DNA of 64,000 nucleotides from positions 177,382,001 to 177,446,000 of the forward strand of contig OZ024742.1 of assembly GCA_964016885.1 (NCBI GenBank). The letters run 5' to 3'. Origin of the DNA: Eledone cirrhosa. Taxonomy: Eukaryota. A model generated the notes under the pieces. It was given only the letters and a program-made list of their open reading frames with translations. It was not told the origin of the DNA and ran no database searches. Positions 53,701 to 64,000 of this stretch are shown in pieces. The position numbers and the translations under genes are program-made. How positions within the stretch are numbered: the stretch's first letter is position 1; the number at the start of each line of letters is the position of its first letter.

Positions 53701-55959
53701 ATATATATATATAGATATATATATGTGTATATATGTATGTGTGTTTGTGTATATATATATATATATATATATTATGTGCGTGTGTGTTTTTGACTGTTAT
53801 TCTTCTTTCAAATTTACGCACACAAAGTTCACATACATATGCATTTCCTACCTCAGTAATGCTTGGCATTACATGGTCCTGGATTCTAATCCTACAATCC
53901 CCTCTGTAAATAGTAATAGTTTATGCATTTAGTCTTGTCTGCTTTTTGTACATATATGCCAAACATTTTGAAAATTAAACCATAGATAAAAATTATTGAT
54001 ATAAAATTTCTGTTGTTTAAAGATGTCCACGTATATGTAATCAACATAAACAATATATCTCCTTTTATATCAATTAGTATTTTATCACAACTCAAATTTC
54101 ATTATGTGTCAGGTAATTCTAGTATATACTCTTTACCATTGCTAGATTCCCAAAAGTACACCGCGAGCGTCCCTAACACCAAATTACATCATCGACATCT
54201 GTAACATCCCGACAATCACCAACACCACCAGACGCACCAACCCTAGCGCCACTACTACCACTTTTATCAAATTGTATGTCTCGTGATTAATTATTTACAC
54301 GAGTAAAGTGTTTCTGTATGAATCTTTATAGGATTTAATTAAAGATTCTCCCATTTAAATATTTGTTCTTACTAAAACACCTTTATCCTTCAGTGATGGA
54401 TGGCGGAGAGAGCAAACTAATTTATGAATCTAATCAGAACATTTCATGCTTCGTTACTTGATAACAATGTGTCCTATTAAATACTTTGTATAAAATAACA
54501 TTCGGCTCATAAAACCTCCCTTGACGGCAAAACCGTTCAACATTTAAACATTCACTATTTTCATAAATCAATAAAATAGCATAGATTTTGAGATTTAAAT
54601 TATATACCACATGAGAATTCAAGTAATTCAACTTTGCTTTCTAAAGTGAAAAATGTTTTCAAACTTTTTTTATCTACAATGGAATAATTGTTAATAAATA
54701 GATGATTGGGGAGAAAGCGTTTAATATTTCTTCCGATCTAGTAGGTCTGGAGGAAGAGACAGAGTCCATGGCCATCATTAGCCCTCCGAGACAAAATATT
54801 GTGTTGCTCTGTTTAAATTCATTTGGGTCCACTCGTTGGGAAATATATGAGCAAGAAAGGGAGAACGTTCAGAAGGCCGACATTCTGGACCGGAAGGAAT
54901 GGACGTTGTGGTTAGTGCGGGATATGGGTTTTTGTACAAACCTTATTGATGCGAGAAAGAGGGAAGAGAGAGAAAAATATATCAAAGTATTTTAGATAAT
55001 TGTAAGTGATTTTGAGAAGCCTTTCTCAAGGAATGTTGCATCCATTTCGGCTCTCTGTGCTCTCCGACTTCAAATTCCACCGAGGTCAAATGTTCCTATT
55101 ATCCTATTGACGATTGATATATGAAGTACCTGCCCTGGGATAGTTTTTAGATGTTTGGAGCGTTGCGTTGTAGCATCTGTTCTAGCTCTGTGCGTACCGA
55201 GTTTCAATCCTGCCTCTTTCCATAGGGCAAGTCTTAACGATACTATCAGCAATCGAAAGATAGATGGGAACATATATACATAACAATACTAGGTCAGATT
55301 TGGTGCAGGATTCCAACAGTTCCAAAGACATCCCTTTACAGAGGTCACGAACATCAGTATGGCCTATTTCTGCATTCCTTCCCTGAATGTAAAGTGTTTG
55401 TGTAAAATAGTGCAAGAACAAAACTCTTATGAAGCCTGCTTTACTATTACACTGATGTAAATATAATTCCTGACTCATACCATTACTTATGAAGTGGAAG
55501 AATTTGCAAAACACTTCATTTCACGGTGCTTCAGTATAACAAACAGAAAATAATTACCAGCAGTTGGTGGGGATTTAACCAGGCGTTGGACTGGTGTTCT
55601 TTCCTAGAGTGTGTGTGATGGGGAATCCTGTTCTCCCGGTCATTTAACACCAACGAAACCGAATAAGCGATGGCCTAATGCGCATCTGGACTTGAAACAT
55701 AATTGAGAAGCTTTATTTTCCCTAGAGTTATATGTAACCTCGGTGTGGTGTAAACTCAGAACATAAAGGAGCGGAAATTGTCAACCCAGTGCCCTTAATG
55801 CAAAATTCGTAATGTGTATGCATGTATGGAGTCTTAACTCCTGATAGTATATAGGGGCATTTCTTAGTCATTTAAAATCTGGAGAAGCCCATTCCTCTCC
55901 AGGTAGTACACAGTAAATTTCTTCCAGAGTACGGGAAAGGAAATATGAAAGGGATGTAG

Positions 55960-56120
55960 AGGTAGAATCGACTCCAGTATCGAACTGATACTTTTTATTA
56001 ACCACGAAGTGAGGAAAAGCAAAGTTGACATCTGCGGGATTTGAATTGAGAGCGCAAATATCCGGAGCGAATAGTACAAATCTATCTGACGCTCCAACCA
56101 TTTTACCAATTTGCCGAAGA
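55960..56120 (-). mobile_element. Old S1-like SINE (another decayed copy at about 56364-56470, plus strand)
   Basis: Minus strand caattcaaatcccgc..gtcaactttgcttttcctc. Confidence 0.6.
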
Positions 56121-56989
56121 AATATTCCGTTTTTCTATGGTTGTACGTCACACGAGTTTAGTAATATTCCAACAAAGAACTTTATTCGGTATTGTAAATA
56201 AATAAGGTAGAATTGTGAGCTTTGAATTAAATAGTGGCTGTTTCATAATTGAAGTTTGTAATCTGCTTAAATATATGGATATATCTAAGAACAAATACAG
56301 AATCGCTTAAAACGTCGTAGTAAAGTGGTAATATTGTTAATCAATGATGCCTGCTATATATATAAGGCGGCGAATTGGTATTTGATCCGGCTTACTCTGC
56401 TCAGAGTTCGAATCGAGCTGAGATCAACTTTGGATTTCATCCTTTTATAGTTAATAAATAAAGTATCAGAATAGTAATTAGCCCATTCTTCCTCTCTCTC
56501 TCTCTCTCTCTCTCTCACTTTCTCTCATACTTTATCTTTTACTCCCTCCCTTAAACCAGTAATTAGTTCAGCGCCCCCCTCCCTTTCTGTCTCTTTATTT
56601 CTCCCTCGCTTACACCTGATCTTACTCCCTCTTCCCCACTCTCTCTCTCTCTCTCTTTCTTCTCTCTTTCTCCTCTCTTTATTCTCTCTTTCTTCTCTAT
56701 TCTCTCTTTCTTTCTTTTTCTCTCACTCCCTCTCTCTTTCTATATATATCTCGTGTTCACTCTCTCTCCTTCTCTTTCCTTCTCACACTGGAATTAATTG
56801 GCTGGGCTCAGATCTGGAAAAGGATGAGCTCCACCAGGTTTCACATGCCCAAGACACATTATGGCGTGATGCGACTACCACTCGATCAGGACTTAAGTCC
56901 CTTTCATTTTTCTATGCTATACAAAATTCTACGATCAAAAAGCCAAGAAAATGTATCATTTGATGGATACGAATAAATAAATATTTAGA

Positions 56990-57310
56990 TAATAATTGTG
57001 ATGGATCCTCCGTCAGCATCAGCGATGAGGATTCAATCGTTCGATCATCTCGGCGCATGGCTCAGCTCTGCTCTCTAGCAGTATCCCGCGAAACGTTTCT
57101 GTCTCTCTTGCAGGTAAATGACTTTAAATTTGCTTTTGACTTGGGTGCTGTTTCAATGATATGTTTAAAGCTGCTCTGTGAACTCCGTATAGTTCCATTA
57201 GATTTCTTTTTGAATCGCTTAGTTAGTGCCCACATACTCCACCCGTACAGCTCGACTGACTCCACCATTGCTTGTAGGAATTCACTACATGACTCAATCT
57301 AAAGTCAGAC
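56990..57310 (-). pseudogene. Decayed RTE-type RT 3' fragment
   Basis: VESVELYGWSMWALT and FAGYC resemble the C-terminal part of RTE ORFs. Confidence 0.55.
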
Positions 57311-58119
57311 ACTCACAGATTTAATGTAGGTTTATTGCTTTATTAAATATAAACATATTGTATATGGGTTCATGTACATCGTTATGATTTTGCTCCATAC
57401 CAGTTCCATTGAATATAGTTTATTTTGAGGCTATACACTGTATAATACGCCTCGCATATGAATTGAATTAATAAATAATTTGTCTTTATGTTCAGTTATA
57501 TTATTTTACTTGAGCTTGACTTTTAAGTTTGACTTTTAATGCATGCATAAATTTCATATCTTATTTACATCAGTTTAAATGTTATAAATAATATTCATAT
57601 TGTTATGAAAGTTAATAATATATTTCTCAGCCCAACCTGACTTGGATAGAGAGAAATTAAATACTTAGAAATATTTCAGATGCAAAACACGTATGCACTA
57701 TTTCCAAAAATGTATCATAACATGAGCAATGAATGCTCTTACAGAAATAAGTATGACGTCCATTTCAACATTTTATCATTGATATATAGAAAATTTCTAC
57801 AGATATGACAATATTTGATGATATTCTTAATATATCCTTTCCAAATTCTTTTCCCGTGGAAAGCGATCATAGAGTTGTATAGAATATCACCATATAATTG
57901 GTTAGAAAACAATAATCTATAAAGCCTACTAGAAATATGATCTCCCGAATCGTCTCTTCGCGCCCTAGAAAAGACTTTGCATTAAATAGTTTCTAATACG
58001 TTATTTCCCAATAACAGATACAAGGGTCATGACGGGCTTGTGCTTGTGTGAGTGTGTGCTAAACAACATTCTATATTGAAACTAAGACAAACAAATATAG
58101 AACATATGTACAAATATGT

Positions 58120-58308
58120 AAGGGCGGTGGATTGGCAGTATCGGTAGAGGGTTGGACGCCATGCCTTTCAGCATAGTTACGTCCCTTTACGATCTGAGTT
58201 CAAATCCCGTCGAGGTTGACTTTGCCTTTCATCCTTACGGGGTCGATAAAATAAAGTACCAGTAATGCACTGGGTAATTGTTGGCCTTGTGCCTAAAGTA
58301 GAAACAAT
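58120..58308 (+). mobile_element. S1 SINE with a probable target-site duplication (aatatgta)
   Basis: Full-length match; aatatgta on both sides. Confidence 0.9.
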
Positions 58309-58428
58309 ATGTACAAATACGACACGAAGAATGACCATATGATTGATTCAAATCAATGTAAAATTTACTTCTTGTATCACAAAATATGTTTGCTATCCTT
58401 CATTCACAAGTCGCAATTTTTTAAAAAT

Positions 58429-58640
58429 CGCGGGGCTTAGTAGTTAGATTTCCGGGGGCTCATTGTGTCCTTGAGCAAGACAATGTTTATCATGTTGCTC
58501 TAGTCTATTCAGCTGGAGGAAATGAGTTGCGATGAGACTGGTATGAATAGGCAACTGTTATTCGTCCCCAAATAAATATTGCCTAGGCTTCAACTTCAGA
58601 AGAGATATTTCCAGGCACTCACCCATGGCTGCTCAAGATC
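58429..58640 (+). mobile_element. Decayed S2 CORE-like SINE
   Basis: ggcttagtagttag..tgtgtccttgagcaagaca..gaaatgagtt. Confidence 0.65.
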
Positions 58641-59131
58641 GAAGGGAACATTTATTATCCGGTTAAATAAACATTGAATTCAAGTAAGTTCTGAAAAAAA
58701 TATAGCATATTTTTAATTTTATGATTTATCATTTCATACGGTTGAGTCACAATTTACGAAGTGCGAACCTATAGCATTCTATAAAAAAAAGTGAACCTAA
58801 GGCAAGCTTCTACATGAACAAACGAATTGCTGGAACTAGTTGTGAAATCTCCCTCAATAGGAATATAATATTGTATAAAGACCTACATTCTTTTAGATGT
58901 ACCTTGTTCTGTTTAAGTAGAAAATAGGAAGCTGGGATGGATATCACAATTCAAATTTATAGGTAAAATATTATTCTATTGTATAGCAATTTCTTATAAA
59001 TTGAGATATAAAATATACATGTGTGAGTGTGAGCACGCGTGCATATATATATATATATATATATAATTTGATATATATTTATCCTTATCGAGCCCTCTTT
59101 GGATTTTAGTCTTCAAATTTTTTATTATTAT

Positions 59132-59172
<41 letters not shown>

Positions 59173-59175
<3 letters not shown>

Positions 59176-59342
59176 CGAAGGAAGTGTGGACCATAACGCA
59201 CCAGAGTACTCAATACTTAAGGTAGTAGAGTGGGTAATAGGAAAAGACTTAAGACCCCGACGGCAGAGCTCGAGCCGTTTCGACGGCTATTTCTCGATTT
59301 AAATAGCCGTCAAAACGGCTCGAGCTCTGTCGTCGGGGTCTT
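59173..59342 (-). mobile_element. Family A HHR-bearing terminus with fold-back (second copy)
   Basis: Inverted repeat 59251-59342 centred on the stem II loop; minus strand GAAA cggc tcgagctct gccg TC ggggtc; tail homologous to 9695-9772. Confidence 0.75.
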
Positions 59343-59489
59343 GAACATTCATATATATATATAGAGAGAGAGACAGAGAGAGAGAGATAGATAGATAGTA
59401 GTAATAATAAATTTGAAGACTAAAATCCAAAGAGGGCTCGATGAGGATAAATATATATAAAATATATAAGAACCGTAGAACAAATATTT

Positions 59490-59607
59490 ATTAAAATAAC
59501 AGATTAAAATTTAAGCAAAGTATCGCTGCTTTCACCCTTAACGGGATCTTCTGAAGATCCCGTTAAGGGTGAAAGCAGCGATTCTTTGCTTAAACTTTAA
59601 TCTGTTA

Positions 59608-59614
<7 letters not shown>
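59490..59614. repeat. Palindrome centred on a hammerhead core (family B)
   Basis: 62-bp arms with 2 mismatches; axis at 59552 inside CTGAAGA (59551-59557); then t-ccc-gttaa-ggg-t GAAA. Confidence 0.8.
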
Positions 59615-59704
<90 letters not shown>

Positions 59705-59980
59705 ACCTGACCTGGTGTGTGGAAAGAAACTCCATAATCGTGCTACAAGATGTTTAGCCTACTGTGACCTCTTTGTGCAACATCAATAACCTCATATTTA
59801 TGCAAAATCGGGACCTTCCACTATTTTCTTTATGGGTTGTTTAGTTGTTGATTGTCACACATTTCTTTCGTCACACAATTGTGACCCCTTCAATGACTAC
59901 ATATGTTGCTTAATAGATAAAAATGCTCTCACGCATGCGCAGTCCACGTACATTGCTGTCCACCGACCGAGAAACATTAT

Positions 59981-60160
59981 GGTGGATTGGCAGTATCGGT
60001 AAGACGTCAGACAACATGTACAGAATTATGGCCCTTTACGTTTTGATCTCCACTCTCCCTGAGGTTAGCTTTGCCTTTCATCATTATGGGGGTCGATAAA
60101 ATAAAGCACCACTAATGTTCTGGGGTAATTGCGGGCCTTGTACCAAAAGTAGAAACAATT
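59981..60160 (+). mobile_element. Decayed S1 SINE
   Basis: ggtggattggcagtatcggt..ctttgcctttcatc..gtagaaacaat. Confidence 0.8.
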
Positions 60161-60899
60161 TTCTACATTTCCGACAAAGAAACCACAAACGGCAACATTT
60201 TGTACATAACTTCTATGATGACTACTAAGACCAGCTATACTGGGGCAGATTTGATCATACATTGTGCATACCATCATTTTGAGCATATGAAAATCCGAGT
60301 AAATTAATATCATGTAGACAGTTACACTGAACCTTCTTTAATTGTTCATGCTCTACACGAGTTTTTTCAAATTCCTCTTTTCCACTAAACACTATTTTCC
60401 TCCAAGATAATATATCTAAGGGAGTGTCTTCCCAGATCTTCTCTTGTACATACATATATACATAAATACATATTCACATATTGATTGGCATACCTATACA
60501 TTTTGTTAACAACGTAACAATGTGTAGCAAACATATTACTGATGGTTACATATTAAATATATATATATTTTTGCCAAAATAATTCTCTTTCCTCTATGTT
60601 CAAATTTATTGTAGTTCCTAACATCCTATTTTGTTCACTCGTTAGTCGTGGCCTCCCCATTTACTAGTAAGTCTATTCATCACAAAAGAATAGTGTTTCA
60701 TTAACTTAATAAGACAAAAGAATCGTTAACTCTACTAAGATATCACCATTGTTGAGCAGAATAATAGCAGCTAATTTCATTTCTCACGATTCCAAATTAA
60801 TCTCTTTACAGTTTTATTACCGTTCGAACAATGTCACTTTAACCCACCGTATCTCTTTTTCGTGCTCCTCCCATTCTTTTTCCTTTTCCTTTTTTTCTT

Positions 60900-60972
60900 T
60901 TTTTCTTCTTCTTCTTCTTCTTCTTCTTCTTCTTCTTCTTCTTCTTCTTCTTCTTCTTCTTCTTCTTCTATT

Positions 60973-61013
<41 letters not shown>

Positions 61014-61033
61014 TATTATTATTATTATTATTA
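60900..61033. repeat. Compound (CTT)n-(CAT)n-(TAT)n microsatellite
   Basis: Direct reading. Confidence 0.95.
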
Positions 61034-61035
61034 TA

Positions 61036-61225
61036 AAGGGCGATGGATTGGCAGTATCGGTAGAGGGTCAGACACCATGCTTTCCAGCATAGTTACGTCC
61101 CTTTACGATCTGAGTTCAAATCCCGCCGAGGTTGACTTTGCCTTTCATCCTTACGGGGTCGATAAAATAAAGTACCAGTAATGCACTGGGTAATTGCTGG
61201 CCTTGTGCCTAAAGTAGAGACAATT
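61036..61225 (+). mobile_element. S1 SINE within trinucleotide repeats
   Basis: Full-length match. Confidence 0.9.
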
Positions 61226-62210
61226 ATTATTATTATTATTATTATTATCATTACTATTATTATTATTATCATCATCATCAACATTACATTTATTCACGCT
61301 TTGAGAAATACATCAAAATGAATGAAGTGCATCTAGGAAACCGTGCATAAAAAACTTGTTCAAGACTACCTAACACAGATGTGCGAGGTGGCCCTGACAC
61401 TGTATAATATAATAATCCTAATATTGTTATTTGCTGGGACATTCCTATGTCTTTATATGATGGATCTGTGTCGTCCTCGACGACGAGCATTTAATTGTGC
61501 GCCAGCAAATTAACGTCTTAGTCATTACCGTGTATGTGGTTGAGAATTATAAAGAGAATTATACCCTTAACACAAAGGGAATGAAGTCTCGTCGGTTTCG
61601 TCGATGAGTGTTCCAACCTACGTATGAAATGATCGTTTAATTGCCTGAGAATTCCACAGACACCTATACACTTAACATAGCTTTTTTAGAGGTTTAACGT
61701 GACAGTTTATGACAAGGCTAGCTTTTTTAATGACAGGGGCAGTCCTTCAGACGGGCTTCCAAACAGTTTCAGTCTACACATTTTCACTCACAACTCAAGT
61801 GTGGTATTGAAGCTATAGTAAATAACACTAGACAACGATGCCAGCCACGCAGTAGGATCAAACACGGGACTTAACGAATGCGAAACGATCGTCTTAACCA
61901 TTTGGACACTGTACGTCCACGTCTTTAACATCATTCTCAATGCGAATCAACGCCCCACAAAGTGTCACATAGCTAAACGCGGCAACATATCAGATGGGAT
62001 TTCATCCAAAATGTTACCAAGTCCGATAACCCATGATCATATAACTGACTAATATAAAAACAAAATAAGGAAAAGATAGGCTGGAAGAATCCGTAGAACG
62101 AATCAAACAATTAATCTGAACCCCACTGGAGTCAGTTTTAATATTCCTCGTTTAGAGATCCATTAAATGTGTAGCAGGAAGTTACCCTCAAATCCAGAAA
62201 TAATATTAGA

Positions 62211-62528
62211 CACCACCACCACCATCATCATCATCACCACCACCATCATCATCATCATCATCATCATTCGCTTCATCATCACCACCACCACCACCATCAT
62301 CGCCATCATCATCATCATCACCGTCATCATCATCATTCGCTTCATCATCATCATCACCACCATCATCACCATCATCATCATCATCATCATCATCATCATT
62401 ATCATCATCACCATCATCACAATCATCATCATCATCATTCGCTCCATCATCATCACCACCACCACCATCATCATCATCACCACCATCATCATCATCACCA
62501 TCATCATCATCATTCGCTTCATCATCAT

Positions 62529-62560
<32 letters not shown>

Positions 62561-62606
62561 TCATCACCATCATCACCATCATCATCATCATTCGCTTCAT
62601 CATCAT

Positions 62607-62663
<57 letters not shown>

Positions 62664-62795
62664 CATCATTCGCTTCATCATCATCATCACCATCACCATC
62701 ATCATCATCATCATCATTCGCTCCATCATCATCACCACCACCACCATCATCATCATCACCACCATCATCATCATCACCATCATCATCACCATCAC

Positions 62796-62842
<47 letters not shown>

Positions 62843-63211
62843 CCATCATCATAATCATCATCATCATCATTCGCTCCATCATCATCACCACCACCACCAT
62901 CATCATCATCACCACCATCATCATCATCACCATCATCATCATCATTCGCTTCATCATCATCACCACCACCACCACTACCATCATCATCTTCATCATCATC
63001 ATCACCATCATCATCATCATTCGCTTCATCATCATCACCACCACTACCATCATCATCATCACCATCATCATCACCATCATCATCATCATTCGATTCATCA
63101 TCATCACCACCACTACCATCATCATCATCATCATCATCATCACCATCATCATCATCATTCGCTTCATCATCATCACCATCACCACCATCACCATCATCAT
63201 CATCATTCGCC

Positions 63212-63242
<31 letters not shown>

Positions 63243-63826
63243 CATTCGCTTCATCATCATCACCACCACCACCACCATCATCGCCATCATCATCATCATC
63301 ACCATCATCATCATCATTCGGTTCATCATCATCATCAACACCATCATCATCATCATCACCATCATCATCATCATCGTCATCATCATCATCACCATCACCA
63401 TCACCATCACCATCATCATTATCATTATCATTATCATCATCATTCCCGTCATCATTCCCTTCATCATCATCATCATCAACATCACCAATAACAACACCAA
63501 CAACAAAAACGCCGATGTTCTGGACGACAACATCCCCTTCATCAACAGCAACAATGATATTACCATCAGCAACATCATCATAACCAATAACAACACCAAC
63601 GATAAAAATACGGTGTGGACAGCATCTTCATCATCAGCAGCAACAAAATATCACCAACATCAACGGCAAAATCAGAGACGCCTTTGGCATCATCAAAAAG
63701 CAAATACGTCATCATCATCATCGTCATCATCATCACCATCGCCACCATCATCATAATCACATCATCAACATCATCACCATCACCTTCACCATCACCATCA
63801 CCATCACCATCACCATCATCATCATC

Positions 63827-63858
<32 letters not shown>

Positions 63859-64000
63859 CATCATCATCACAATCATCGCAATCATCACAATCATCACCAT
63901 CACCATCACCATCAACATCACCATCGCCATCATCATCATAATCACATTATCAACATCATCACCATCACCTTCAGCATCACCATCACCATCATCATCACAA
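62211..64000. repeat. (CAT/CAC)n array with a higher-order minisatellite unit
   Basis: cattcgcttcat or close variants recur roughly every 40-130 bp between 62265 and 63325. Confidence 0.95.

Noticed and set aside
54700-55550. Coding-like stretch, possible decayed transposase
   Set aside because: No recognisable motif in any frame I could read.
62265-63325. CRISPR-like repeat-spacer array
   Set aside because: Spacers are simple repeats, the context is eukaryotic and there are no cas genes.
62163-63945. 478 and 529 aa ORFs
   Set aside because: Translations of (CAT)n repeats with no domain content.

Overview
AT-rich, microsatellite-dense eukaryotic (animal) DNA with no recognisable host gene; nearly all interpretable sequence is decayed retroelement. 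The SINE families and (TA)n/(CA)n density suggest an octopus-like cephalopod (from recall, not a database result). Contents: (1) a Naiad-type Penelope-like element (PLE) with three long pseudo-LTR copies (1-8646) and a second Naiad fragment (51495-52870); (2) two Neptune-type PLE remnants (about 30720-32650 and 44370-47005); (3) three L1/Tx1-type LINEs stacked in one (GATA)n array (12266-21708); (4) R4/Dong-type, Ingi/Vingi-type and RTE-type LINE remnants; (5) a Ty3/Gypsy element with a CHCC gag knuckle (47006-51495); (6) tRNA-derived SINEs. The most striking unexplained signal is about 15 type I hammerhead ribozyme (HHR) motifs or half-motifs from many unrelated families, mostly in 100-400 bp islands between microsatellites. 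Several islands are fold-back palindromes whose axis lies on the ribozyme (stem II loop or CUGA core), and others are 5'-truncated at the same places. All alignments and folds were done by eye; coordinates are approximate to a few bases and no activity is demonstrated.
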